Below are positions 19,760 to 28,938 of a stretch of DNA of 64,000 nt, piece by piece (position 1 is the stretch's first letter; the number at the start of each line of letters is the position of its first letter). The notes under the pieces are model-generated. The model had not been told where the DNA came from and did no database searches. It saw only the letters and a list, made by a program, of their open reading frames with translations. The DNA is from a virus (Duplodnaviria; Caudoviricetes): the IMG/VR virus record IMGVR_UViG_2687453119_000006, positions 32,001-96,000 of that record, one strand, 5' to 3'. A program made the position numbers and the translations under genes.

Positions 19760-20460
19760 CACGGCGGGCGTGGGTAGCGAGCGCTTCGCGCTACCGGAAG
19801 GACGCATCAATGGCCGCGTGGCCCCTGGTGGAAGGGGACCACATCGCCGTCCGCTGCGCGGATCACGGCCCTGGCCATCGGCGTCGGGTCGAACCCGAGA
19901 TCTGCGACCGCCTCGGCCACGCCCTGGCGCTGCAGCTCGGCGACGATCGCCTCGGTCACCTTCATCAGCCTGGCCGTCTCGGCGGCGCTGTCGGTCATGG
20001 TCGTGCCCTCGGTAGAGCCGAGATCATAGCACCACGCCGGCCGTGGGTAGCGAGCGCTCCGCGCTACCGGAAAGACTCTCCCCGGAACGCGGCGGCGATC
20101 TCGTAACCCTCTCCGGGCGCACCTATATGGCCGGCACGTTTCACGGCAGGAGGAGAACGAGATGTCGCTGAGCAACGAGTGGACCGAATGGCACCTGACG
20201 CCTGAGGGGTGGGTTCGCGGGACCGAGAAGGAAGACTTCCGAACGATCAACCGCGAGCCTCCGCCCGATCGGGTGAAGACTGTCGTCTACAAGCAGCGCC
20301 TCGCCTCGGTCTATTCGAAGCTGGAAGAGGGCCACAGCGTCACCTGGACCGCCAACGACAGCGCCGCGACATCCCGCCTTGAGACCAAATTCGGCCCCCG
20401 CCGCGCAATCTGTAGACCGTCGTCGTCGTCGAGCGCTTCGCGCTACTGGAAGAGACTCCC
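19760..20460 (+). repeat. Three copies of a palindromic repeat (19760-19803, 20033-20076, partial 20430-20460)
   Basis: CACGnCGGnCGTGGGTAGCGAGCGCTnCGCGCTACCGGAAnGAC, 40/44 identity between copies 1 and 2. Confidence 0.85.
19807..19998 (-). CDS. Small hypothetical protein
   Basis: MTDSAAETARLMKVTEAIVAEL..., GAGGG RBS, lies between repeat copies 1 and 2. Confidence 0.65.
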   Translation of the reverse strand: MTDSAAETARLMKVTEAIVAELQRQGVAEAVADLGFDPTPMARAVIRAADGDVVPFHQGPRGH

Positions 20461-20506
20461 GGGCCGAGGCGGCCTCCGCGGAACCGAATCGGCTCTTTGG
20501 GCGTAA
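20162..20506 (+). CDS. Hypothetical protein
   Basis: AGGAGGAG RBS; MSLSNEWTEWHLTPEGW. Confidence 0.65.
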   Translation: MSLSNEWTEWHLTPEGWVRGTEKEDFRTINREPPPDRVKTVVYKQRLASVYSKLEEGHSVTWTANDSAATSRLETKFGPRRAICRPSSSSSASRYWKRLPGRGGLRGTESALWA

Positions 20507-20540
20507 TGTGTTTCGCGGGGGCATCCATCGGGGGAGAGCA

Positions 20541-20729
20541 GTGCCGAGTAAGGACTATCTCATCAGGCAGGTGGCCACGCTTCTCAAGTTTGCGAGGCTG
20601 ACCAGCGACCCTAGCGTCGCCGCCGTGCTTCTCGACAAGGCTGCCGATCTTAACGAGAAGGTGGATGAGTTGCCGTCACTCCAGGCCGACATGAGCCCCA
20701 GTCCCCCAGACGTCCTGCCAACGGAATAG
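20541..20729 (+). CDS. Small hypothetical protein
   Basis: GGGGAG RBS, GTG start. Confidence 0.55.
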   Translation: MPSKDYLIRQVATLLKFARLTSDPSVAAVLLDKAADLNEKVDELPSLQADMSPSPPDVLPTE

Positions 20730-20731
20730 CG

Positions 20732-20935
20732 ATGGCGCGTTTCTTCTTTAACCTTGAGGGTGGGCAAAATACGGAGGATCCAGGCGGGTTCGCATTCGAG
20801 ACCGAGATTGATGCTTTCCGTGCGGCGGAAAGATTCGCGACGGAGTTGGGCAGTAGGCGGCCCACCTTGCGGGGCAATACCTGCGTGGTGGTCACCCGCA
20901 ATGACCGGCGCGAGGTCTACTACGTCGGCGTGTGA
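20732..20935 (+). CDS. DUF6894-like small protein
   Basis: MARFFFNL..DPGG..A...A pattern. Confidence 0.6.
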   Translation: MARFFFNLEGGQNTEDPGGFAFETEIDAFRAAERFATELGSRRPTLRGNTCVVVTRNDRREVYYVGV

Positions 20936-21051
20936 GGGCAGCCACCGGTCGCTTGCGTTACAGAATCCTTCACGACGACTCCAGAATGACGCCCGACTTT
21001 CGAGAACGGGGTTCATTGATTTATTAGAGTTTGGGCTTAGTGAACTCGCTC

Positions 21052-21123
21052 ATGGAAAAGCGAGCTGCAGAGCGCAGGCGGGTGCTGAAGACCGGCGTGA
21101 TAGAATTTCCCGGCGGTGCGTTT
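21052..21123 (+). pseudogene. Truncated PilZ-domain gene remnant
   Basis: MEKRAAERRRVLKTGVIEFPGGAF has the RxxxR motif; the downstream NxSxxG half is absent. Confidence 0.5.
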
Positions 21124-21250
21124 CGGCAGGGGGTCAAGCGCCGATGGCCCGCTGTCATGAGCCACGAGTCAGCCGGCTCGATTGCGGGACGTGATGCCGC
21201 CACGTGATCGGCGAAGATGTGCCGATCACAGTCGCTGCAAGCAGCCGATC

Positions 21251-22297
21251 TTACCTTCGACGAGACCGACCTGAAGCTTTTGGAGCGGGCGTAGCGGTAG
21301 GAACAAGTGCCGCCGTCGGAGGAGGAACCGGTGTATACCGCTCTGTTGCGGCGACTCGACCACTAATGCGAATCTCAACGTCGCAATCGCCCGTCGCCGC
21401 CCAAACCTCAACGCATATTTCCTCAGGTGTATCTCTCGTTACACTCCAGCCGCTCCGGCCTCCTGTAGAAAGATCGACCAAATGACCGCTACCTGGCTCC
21501 AGATAAGCTTCAGGCTTGCTGGGATGTATACAACCTGAGCTCGTGCGCCGCTGACACCAACCGTCTTCTCTGCCACTTCCGCCCGACGATATCGCAATGG
21601 GCTTACTTTCCGAAATTGCCACCTTGCGAGGTTCGGGGACATCACCCAGCAGATAGAGCGTCTTTTCCTTTTTGCCGACTTCTAGCGTCACAACGGTGTC
21701 ATCATAGGGAGAGTTCTTCTTAACATCGATCGGTTGGGGGTCGCCTTTTGTCCAAGATCCGGGGTCTGGCTTTCTGATCAATGTGCCGCCCGTGATATTC
21801 CAGTAAGTCTCTCTCGCTTTCGCTTCTCCAGCATTATCGCCGATCCAGAAGGCATTGAGCGTGTAGAAGGTTTTCACGCGCTTCGCGACCCACATTCGAA
21901 GACCTGCGCCCTGCTTGTCTGCGTTCAGGCAATTCGAATACATTTCAGCAGCCTTCTCTGACAGCTGCTGTGAGCTGTATTGGAGATACTGAGATCGTTC
22001 GTAGTCAAGCTTGCGGGTCTGAGCTTCCTTCAATGCAGCCTGCTTCGCTTCGTCATAGTTGAGAGAGCCGTTATATAGCCCGTATCCGCCGGCCACTCCC
22101 CAAGACTTCCTCGCGGCTTCATATTGCTCCTTGGTGGCTGTCAGCAGGAAGGAGATCTTCAACTGCTCGCTCCAAGTGATGTTAGTGATGTCCTTGACCA
22201 TAAACTCTGCCGGGACGCACTCCGAGCGAGCGCCCGCAGTTGAAAGAAGAAGAAAACCGACGGCCGAAGCGGACTTAAATAGAGACCTCATTGCCAA
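21251..22297 (-). CDS. Secreted hypothetical protein (lower GC)
   Basis: Signal-peptide-like N-terminus, several Cys, 348 aa. Confidence 0.7.
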   Translation of the reverse strand: MAMRSLFKSASAVGFLLLSTAGARSECVPAEFMVKDITNITWSEQLKISFLLTATKEQYEAARKSWGVAGGYGLYNGSLNYDEAKQAALKEAQTRKLDYERSQYLQYSSQQLSEKAAEMYSNCLNADKQGAGLRMWVAKRVKTFYTLNAFWIGDNAGEAKARETYWNITGGTLIRKPDPGSWTKGDPQPIDVKKNSPYDDTVVTLEVGKKEKTLYLLGDVPEPRKVAISESKPIAISSGGSGREDGWCQRRTSSGCIHPSKPEAYLEPGSGHLVDLSTGGRSGWSVTRDTPEEICVEVWAATGDCDVEIRISGRVAATERYTPVPPPTAALVPTATPAPKASGRSRRR

Positions 22298-22455
22298 CCT
22301 CCATTTTGCAAATGCACAAGGTTACGCCGATAAGAGCGATCGTAGCACGTCGTGCATCCAGCAATAGACTGGTTGCAGAAAATAATTCGTACATCCATAT
22401 GGTGCGCTGCAAATGCAATCCATAGAGCTGCCGTCGTCCGTATCAAGGAGGACGG

Positions 22456-22574
22456 ATGGTCGATCACGTCATGAAGATGGAAGATGCCGTTGCGCTGATC
22501 GATGCCCGCGCTCCGGCTCAGGTTCGCGGCTCCTACAAGAAGCGCGAAGCGGTCGAAAATTCAAACTGAGACAC
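22456..22574 (+). mobile_element. IS1-family-like transposase 3' end remnant with partial terminal repeat
   Basis: DHVMKMEDAVALIDARAP..RGSYKKR..ENSN* followed by TTCAAACTGAGACAC, resembling alphaproteobacterial IS1-family ends (recalled pattern). Confidence 0.5.
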
Positions 22575-22597
22575 CTGCGTCGAGCGTCTCAAGAAGC

Positions 22598-23194
22598 TCA
22601 GAATTGATCTTGGACGCGACTGAAGGCTGGGTGCTGGCGGTTCTTCACCTTGATCCACTCGCAGGTCCGCGGCCGGTAGCGCCGCTCACGGTGCTTGCTC
22701 ACCAAACCCTCGAGACCCATGCGGCAGGCCGCCCAGAATAGATCTGGCCCGATCTCACCCTGCTCGAACGGCGCCACGAAGATGCCCTCGGGTCGGCGGT
22801 GCAGGAGCTTTGCCAGCCGGCTCTTGCGCTCGAACAGCGGCAGGTCCCGCAGGTCGTCGCCATCGAGCACGACCAGGTCGAAGGCATAGAGCTGGGCGTC
22901 GTCGTTGTAGTGGCCGGAGTGCAGCCAGTCGAACTGCGAGATGCCGCGCACGTCGAGCACGCAGATCTCGCCATCAATGACGAAACGCTGCTGCTTCATC
23001 TTCAGAGCCGCCTCGACGATCATCGGATAGCGCCAGGTCCAGTCGAGGCCAGCCTTCGAGAGCACCTTCACATCCTTGCCATCGCGGACCACGCGCCCGC
23101 GGTAGCCGTCGTACTTCACCTCATGGATCCAATCGGGGCCGGCCGGGACCACCTTCTTGGCCGCCGGCCGGCAGAACTCGAACTTTGTGGGCAT
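22598..23194 (-). CDS. ATP-dependent DNA ligase, adenylation domain only (LigD/LigC-like)
   Basis: WIHEVKYDGYR, IDGEI, YAFDL, EGLVSK and WIKVK motifs; no OB domain. Confidence 0.88.
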   Translation of the reverse strand: MPTKFEFCRPAAKKVVPAGPDWIHEVKYDGYRGRVVRDGKDVKVLSKAGLDWTWRYPMIVEAALKMKQQRFVIDGEICVLDVRGISQFDWLHSGHYNDDAQLYAFDLVVLDGDDLRDLPLFERKSRLAKLLHRRPEGIFVAPFEQGEIGPDLFWAACRMGLEGLVSKHRERRYRPRTCEWIKVKNRQHPAFSRVQDQF

Positions 23195-23241
23195 GGCCGG
23201 TATCTATGCATTGAGCGGCAAGAAAAAAGCTATTCTCTGCA

Positions 23242-23952
23242 TTAGTCACGCGCCATCGGCTCCGTCTCCCCCCAGTCGTTTGGATCGTGTAGTTTGGGTT
23301 CGCATAATTCTCCACCAAAGCATGACTGATTGACCTCGGAGAGGTGCTTAATGTTCTCCCAACGTTGCAGTAGGCAATCAATCTGGAAGAGTTCGAATTT
23401 CGAGAAGGGTATCTCCATCACTCCCTTCTCCTCGGTTCTGATGGCCACTCTCACGATTTTCCAGCCTCCTTTTGGGTCAATACATTCGGTCCACCGCTCC
23501 GAAATCACACTCACAAGCCCGCTGAACGCCGCATCGAATGCTCTCTTCAGGGCCCACGAGGACGCTGCTGCGGTCACTACTGGATGATTTTGGGCCAAGT
23601 GCCGCGCGAAGTCCGCGTAGTAGTGGAGATCGGGAATGAACACCTCTAGTCCGGTCTCATGCGTCAGAAGCACGAACTTCAGGCCGATCTCTTTTCCCGC
23701 ATCATCCAGGCATGGCACTTGCAGGAAATAAGACCACGATGGCAGTGTACGATATTCATCCCAAAGCGTTATTTTCTCAGAAAGCTTTCTCATTTTTGCG
23801 CCGAGTTCTTGCTCTATTTCGGCAACAAGCTTTGCGTAGTTAGACTTCTCTACGACATGAAAATCGGGAATGAACTTAATTGCAATCTTGTAATCTTTGT
23901 AGATTTCTCGCTTCGAACTGTAGATCTTGGGTTCGGTCTGATCGGTCACCAT
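23242..23952 (-). CDS. Hypothetical protein (lower GC)
   Basis: GGGAGG RBS, 236 aa. Confidence 0.65.
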   Translation of the reverse strand: MVTDQTEPKIYSSKREIYKDYKIAIKFIPDFHVVEKSNYAKLVAEIEQELGAKMRKLSEKITLWDEYRTLPSWSYFLQVPCLDDAGKEIGLKFVLLTHETGLEVFIPDLHYYADFARHLAQNHPVVTAAASSWALKRAFDAAFSGLVSVISERWTECIDPKGGWKIVRVAIRTEEKGVMEIPFSKFELFQIDCLLQRWENIKHLSEVNQSCFGGELCEPKLHDPNDWGETEPMARD

Positions 23953-24020
23953 AGCAACCTCCCTAGGTTGAACCTTTGGCAAAACCTACCCGGAGCCGCG
24001 GTCCGGGTTGACCAACTGTA

Positions 24021-24368
24021 TCAGAACTCCCTCAGGGGCAGCAGCAGCTGCACGCCGATTGGCCGGCCGGTGAAGCGCTCGATGAACTCCCGCACCGTCT
24101 CTGTGACCTCATGCCCTTCGGCGACCCGCTGCTCCAGCTCCTTGGCGACATCTTCGGAGGCGTCGCGCGACCAGCCTTCAAGCGGATTGAACGCCACCAC
24201 GCGCAGCGGATGCTCGTATTGGCCGGTGAGGAGGTCGCTGATCAGGGTCCGGTAGTCAGTCCGGTCCTCGTCCGTCTCACGCCACGCCGGGCCGCTGCTG
24301 AAATCCTCCAGCACCAGGTACATGTCCCGGTCGAGCCGGTCTGCTGGGATGATCGAGGGCGAGGCCAT
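24021..24368 (-). CDS. Hypothetical protein
   Basis: YLVLEDF..AWRETDE..LLTGQY..PLRVVAFN..EGWSRDASED. Confidence 0.7.
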   Translation of the reverse strand: MASPSIIPADRLDRDMYLVLEDFSSGPAWRETDEDRTDYRTLISDLLTGQYEHPLRVVAFNPLEGWSRDASEDVAKELEQRVAEGHEVTETVREFIERFTGRPIGVQLLLPLREF

Positions 24369-24408
24369 ACGCTGAACTCCACTGACCGGAGTCCAAGGTA
24401 TGGCGCTG

Positions 24409-24675
24409 TTAACCCAAATGCGAGCCGCTTCCGTCGAGAATCCTGACGTAGGTGCCGCTCTCGTGCAGGAACAGGATCTTGCGATCGACGAGGAGGTCGA
24501 GGCCGGCCTTGTACTCGGCCGCCGTGCCCTTGTCGCGGAAGAGGAATGGGTAGTTGATCTTCTCGATGTGCAGCCGGCCGTCCTGCACCGGCTCGACCTC
24601 CCGGCAAATCTCCAGGAGCCGCCTGGCAGCAGCCTCTGGCTTCGCATAAGGCCGTTCCTCGATCATCTTCTTCAT
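24409..24675 (-). CDS. Hypothetical protein
   Basis: ATGA-coupled; PEAAARRLLEI..QDGRLHIEKIN..LHESGTYV. Confidence 0.7.
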   Translation of the reverse strand: MKKMIEERPYAKPEAAARRLLEICREVEPVQDGRLHIEKINYPFLFRDKGTAAEYKAGLDLLVDRKILFLHESGTYVRILDGSGSHLG

Positions 24676-25115
24676 GCGCCAATTCCCCGGTGGTTGGTGC
24701 GGACGTGGTCCGGAATGCCGGCATCCGTGATTTCGGCGCCGCAGAAGCATCTCGACCGGCCTGAAGTCCGCTGCGTCGGCAGCTGCAGGTGCTCGTCGTG
24801 CATCCGGCCCTTCCAGGCTTGGAAGTCGCGGTTCTGCCGCCACAGCTCGTAGTGCGCCTCGGTACGGGTTGCTGACAGCTGCCGCCAGGCCTCCTCGAAG
24901 CCGGCGCGCGCGTCATCGAAGGTCTCGCCGGTTCCGTGGGTCTGCTGGCCGGGATCGCAGCCAGGATAGAACCCACAGCTCCAGCCCCATTGCGTGGCGT
25001 GCGTGGGCACGCCAGCTCTCCGGCCGATGTGGCCGACCCGGACGTCCCCGAAGTAGACGAACCAGCCACCCTGGTGGTGTGGATCATTGTCCGGCCGACG
25101 TGTGAGCTGAGGCAT
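24672..25115 (-). CDS. Hypothetical protein
   Basis: 147-aa ORF; WGWSCGFYPG, C-terminal CFCG..H...H. Confidence 0.7.
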   Translation of the reverse strand: MPQLTRRPDNDPHHQGGWFVYFGDVRVGHIGRRAGVPTHATQWGWSCGFYPGCDPGQQTHGTGETFDDARAGFEEAWRQLSATRTEAHYELWRQNRDFQAWKGRMHDEHLQLPTQRTSGRSRCFCGAEITDAGIPDHVRTNHRGIGA

Positions 25116-25223
25116 AGTGCAGAGATCCGAAGATCCGATGATCCGATGGGGCGGGGGCGCTTCGCGCCCAGGACCGTACCGTAACAGGGCCGGCGCGCGC
25201 GGTGGTTTTCGTTCGATTGACCG

Positions 25224-25284
25224 TGTCGGCCTCGCCGACAGGGTATGTCGGTTATCCCGACACGCCGTGTCGGCCTCGCCGACA
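25224..25284. repeat. Three tandem TGTCGG-N5-CCGACA palindromes with 22-bp period (candidate origin or operator)
   Basis: Copies at 25224-25240, 25246-25262 and 25268-25284, followed by an AT-rich tract. Confidence 0.85.
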
Positions 25285-25445
25285 TCTTGAACCGTGTATA
25301 TTACTATCCGTAGATATTAGACTCCTATGGTTCAGTAGACTCTACTTAAGAACCAAGAGTGTAATGCGCGCTGCGCGCGTTTGCATTTCCTCCTCTGTCA
25401 GAAAAAGCCGTAACCTTTTTGCAACAGTCGGCCTGGGTGCCCGCA

Positions 25446-25600
25446 TTTGCATGACTGCAAAGGTGCTCTTGACAAAACCGGGGGATGGCCGTAGGAAAGG
25501 GGCTACATTGGCATTCGTGCAAACGAGAATGGGACCAGCAGGTCGGCATCCATAACCCCCGGGCAGGGAACTCGTGTCCGGACGTTTGCACGAATGCAAG
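25446..25600 (+). promoter_or_regulatory. Probable rightward promoter region with three TTTGC-N6-GCAAA boxes
   Basis: Boxes at 25446, 25508 and 25585; CTTGACAAAACCG -35-like element at ~25468, repeated at ~40650. Confidence 0.55.
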
Positions 25601-25828
25601 TATTTCGAAGGGAGCGCTCCGACCATGATGACCGATCTCATGTTCGTAGCCGCACTAGGCCAACTGACGATCCAGCTTCTGACGCTGTGCTTCGGCGCGA
25701 TGCTGATCCTGGCCGGAGCGCTCCTGCTGACGAGATGGATGGCCTCGGCCTCCGCCGATCTCGAAGACTGAGTTTCACAGAGCCCGTAGCAATGCCCTCG
25801 GCAGCTCGGGTCACCATTTGGGGGCGTC

Positions 25829-26101
25829 ATGGCCGACGACAAGGAACAGATCAGACTGCTCGACCTCGCGCTTGATGCGCTGGAGGACGAGCTGAAGAGC
25901 TGGACCCGTCTCGGCACTTGGAAGACCGGCGTCACCCGCCTTGTGCGCAATCCGCTGCGCGCCGCGCCGATCGGCGCACCGGTCGACAAGGACGCCGAGA
26001 TCTCGTTCATCGACGTGCCGGACAGCGAGGTCAACGGCATCCTGACCCGCGTCGCCATGGACAAGGTCGTCACTGTGCTCCGCAAGGAGCTGCTGGGATG
26101 A
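25829..26101 (+). CDS. Hypothetical protein
   Basis: 90-aa ORF, high GC3. Confidence 0.65.
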   Translation: MADDKEQIRLLDLALDALEDELKSWTRLGTWKTGVTRLVRNPLRAAPIGAPVDKDAEISFIDVPDSEVNGILTRVAMDKVVTVLRKELLG

Positions 26102-26337
26102 ACGTCGGCGAGTTTCTGCTGATCGCCGGCTGCTCGATCATCATCGCGGCCGGCATCACTGCCTGGCGCTTCAGACCGAAGCCTCGGGTCTCGGGCTGGT
26201 CCGCCGAGGACGTCGAGCTGCTGACCATGCCGGCGCACGAGCGTGTCGCTCGCCAGCTCTGCTGCTTCCACGGCCAGCCCGAATGGCGCCGATACACGGC
26301 GCTCGCCGTCGCCACGATCTTGCAGAGGAAGCCATGA
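26098..26337 (+). CDS. Small membrane-anchored hypothetical protein
   Basis: ATGA coupling; hydrophobic N-terminus. Confidence 0.55.
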   Translation: MNVGEFLLIAGCSIIIAAGITAWRFRPKPRVSGWSAEDVELLTMPAHERVARQLCCFHGQPEWRRYTALAVATILQRKP

Positions 26338-26531
26338 CCCGTCGCCGCCAGTTGCAGTTCATCCGCGCGCAAATCCGCGCAGAGTTTCACGACCGCCTGA
26401 CCCGCACGGTGCTCATCGCCTTCAGCATCTGCGCCGCCGCCAACCTCCTGTTCGGCGGCATCCACTGATTACCAAGAGCCCGCTGACTGCCCCGAGCAGC
26501 GCGGGTCCACCCTTCACCAAGAGGTCTGACG

Positions 26532-26714
26532 ATGGCGAGATCGACATACATCTACACCGTCATGACCAACGGCGCTCCTGAGGCGGCGTTCACCGTCAAG
26601 CACGAGCTGGTCACCTATCTGGGCAAGCGAGACCCAATCCGGCCGCCGTACGTCCTCTACCAGCTCCGAGACGGCGGCAAGCAACCCGAACTCACGAGGA
26701 TCATCGAGCTGTGA
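26532..26714 (+). CDS. Hypothetical protein
   Basis: GAGG RBS, 60 aa. Confidence 0.6.
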   Translation: MARSTYIYTVMTNGAPEAAFTVKHELVTYLGKRDPIRPPYVLYQLRDGGKQPELTRIIEL

Positions 26715-26944
26715 CCAAGGCCGGTGCCGATCCGATCTCGACATCACCGCTCGCCGCGATCGCGCTGCAAGCCATCACCCAGCTCGACAAGCTCGTCGGG
26801 CCGGTCGAGGCGCAGTTCTGGATGCAGCGGTCCAACGACTTTCTCGGCGGTGTCACACCGATCACCGCCATCAAGGAACGACGCACCGCCGACGTCATGT
26901 CCGCGGTGCGCCTCGTCGCCCTCGAAAAGGGGCTCTTCGAGTAG
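26711..26944 (+). CDS. MbcA/ParS/Xre antitoxin C-terminal (DUF2384)-like protein
   Basis: EAQFWMQRSNDFLGGVTPITAI matches the A..W...N..LGG.TP pattern. Confidence 0.6.
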   Translation: MTKAGADPISTSPLAAIALQAITQLDKLVGPVEAQFWMQRSNDFLGGVTPITAIKERRTADVMSAVRLVALEKGLFE

Positions 26945-26958
26945 CCCCGCAAGGGGAG

Positions 26959-27213
26959 ATGAACTTGAAGGACCGCTACGCACTCGTCGCTGCGACCGAG
27001 CATACCGCCCGGCAATACCTCAGCGCCTTCGATCTCAAGGATTGGGAAGCCTACGGCTACACCGCCGCGGTGACCGGCGCCCGCTTCGAGCGCCTCGTCA
27101 TCATGCGCCCGCACTGGAACGCAACCGGCGCAGAGCTGGCGAAGTTCGAGACCGAGTTCGTGCCCAACTGGGCCACGCGCGTACCGCCCGAGGGCGTCTA
27201 CAGGGTGATCTGA
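26959..27213 (+). CDS. Hypothetical protein (paralog of 28455-28721)
   Basis: GGGGAG RBS; shared motifs. Confidence 0.65.
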   Translation: MNLKDRYALVAATEHTARQYLSAFDLKDWEAYGYTAAVTGARFERLVIMRPHWNATGAELAKFETEFVPNWATRVPPEGVYRVI

Positions 27214-27598
27214 TGAACCAGAACATCGTCAGCATCGTCTGTGCTGCCGTCCTGGTCTTCGCGACCGCCATCAACATCTTCGCCGCGGTCAAGCTGACGC
27301 GCGCCGAGGACAAGGTCAGCAACATCTTCTGTGTCGAGGCGCCGCAAGGGCGCTGAGGAGCGCTCATGCCGTTTCCGTTTTCCGTATTCCTTTTCAGCTA
27401 CGTCATCTGGCAGGCCTCGATCGAGCGGGCTTTCCTCTACACCCCCGTCGAGGTGCGCCAGTGAGATGCTTCAAGACATTTGACCGTCTTCTCCTCCTCG
27501 CGCCCCTAATGCTCGTCATTGCAGCCGTCGTGGCGCTGCACCTGATCTGCCTGTTGTTCGGCTAGAGCACCCCCGGCGCGCAACCGAGCCACGCCAAA

Positions 27599-28105
27599 AT
27601 GAAAGCTCTGATCAACGCCCTCGCGGGCGCGCTGATGCTGTGCGCCCTGACGCCAGCGTCGGCCAAAGACGTGCCTGTCCAGTTCACTTCTGGCCGGGCC
27701 GCGACGTTCATCACCGACGACCAAGGTGGCATCATCACCGAGTTCGTCAAGAAGTACTCCGACATGCGCGACGCCGGCACCAACGTGGTGATCGACGGCG
27801 ACTGCGCATCAGCCTGCACCATCGTGCTTGGCATTCTGCGCCCCGAGAAGGTCTGCGCAACGCCCGATGCCTCTCTCGGCTTCCACTCCGCCACGGCCAT
27901 CACCCGTGAGGACGGCAAGGCGCCAGTCTTCGAGCACGCCGCCGAGATCTCCAAGCTCATCTTCAACAGCTACCCGGGCAAGGTCCGGGCCTGGCTGACG
28001 AAGCAGGGCTGGAACGGCAACAACCCCCATCCGGAAGTCATCTGGGCGAGGGGAGGTCAGGTCCGGAAGTTCATCCGGCCTTGCACCGCGGCGGACCTGT
28101 CGTGA
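27599..28105 (+). CDS. Secreted ClpP/crotonase-fold-like protein
   Basis: Signal peptide; DQGG..VIDGDCASACT..ASLGFH. Confidence 0.65.
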   Translation: MKALINALAGALMLCALTPASAKDVPVQFTSGRAATFITDDQGGIITEFVKKYSDMRDAGTNVVIDGDCASACTIVLGILRPEKVCATPDASLGFHSATAITREDGKAPVFEHAAEISKLIFNSYPGKVRAWLTKQGWNGNNPHPEVIWARGGQVRKFIRPCTAADLS

Positions 28106-28452
28106 GCCGCCGCCCTCTGCCTGATCGGCGCAAGCTCCCGAAGGTCATCAAGGTCGGGATCACGGAATTCGAGCTGATCCACTGGGATCCCGTCGAGGCG
28201 GAAGCCGAGGGATGCCGTGGGCTCTGCAACGTCTTCGAATACCACATCAAGGTCCGGACCGATCTTGCGGACTCACATTTCGCGGAAGTGCTTGAGCACG
28301 AGATCAACCACGCCTGCTGGGCGGCGGCGAAGCTCAAGTTAAGAGCCAGTGAGGAGACGGTCGTCAATCGCTTGACGCCGGTCCTGATCATGGCCCGCCG
28401 CGACAACCCCGAGATCTATGCCTGGATCGATCGGGCGATCGCGAAAGCCTGA
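28102..28452 (+). CDS. HExxH metallopeptidase-like phage protein
   Basis: VLEHEINHA..EETVV. Confidence 0.6.
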   Translation: MSRRPLPDRRKLPKVIKVGITEFELIHWDPVEAEAEGCRGLCNVFEYHIKVRTDLADSHFAEVLEHEINHACWAAAKLKLRASEETVVNRLTPVLIMARRDNPEIYAWIDRAIAKA

Positions 28453-28454
28453 CC

Positions 28455-28721
28455 ATGTACAAGAACGTGATGGTCGCCTCTTCCAAGAGGCAGGCCTCGG
28501 CGATGATCGCCTGGATGAAGCTCGACGCCGACGTGTGGGAGCCGCTCGCATATGGCGACCCCGTCACCAAGCTCTACGCGCACGCCAAGCTCGTGCGGCC
28601 GAGCGAGGGCGTCGACCAAGCCCATTCCGACTGGGTGTTCGAGAAGCTCGTCCCCAACCTGTGCCTGACGGCGACCACAGTTCCTCCGAACTGGAAGATC
28701 CCGCAGGAGCACGTCGAATAA
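28455..28721 (+). CDS. Hypothetical protein (paralog of 26959-27213)
   Basis: 88-aa ORF. Confidence 0.65.
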   Translation: MYKNVMVASSKRQASAMIAWMKLDADVWEPLAYGDPVTKLYAHAKLVRPSEGVDQAHSDWVFEKLVPNLCLTATTVPPNWKIPQEHVE

Positions 28722-28764
28722 GCCAGCCGGATCACGTCCGGCCAACAACAAGAACAACAAGCCT

Positions 28765-28938
28765 ATGGCAAAATCAGCGAAGGCGCATTGGACGCGACGT
28801 CGTCTCATCGCCTACCTCGAAAATCGTGACGACAAGAGAAAGCAGGCAACGCCGCCGAGCGGCGAAGTGTTTCTGACCGATGTCGACGGTGCGATCCTGG
28901 TCGATCCGGAAGGCTACTACCTTACGGAAAAGCAATGA
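28765..28938 (+). CDS. Hypothetical protein (57 aa, not in the ORF track)
   Basis: Hand translation MAKSAKAHWTRRRL..FLTDVDGAILVDPEGYYLTEKQ; ATGA overlap with the SGNH gene. Confidence 0.55.
   Translation: MAKSAKAHWTRRRLIAYLENRDDKRKQATPPSGEVFLTDVDGAILVDPEGYYLTEKQ

Noticed and set aside
19760-20460. Possible CRISPR array
   Set aside because: Spacing is 230-350 bp with genes in between, and no cas genes are present
25224-25284. Possible mini-CRISPR
   Set aside because: The 17-bp units are separated by only 5 bp; this fits protein-binding sites
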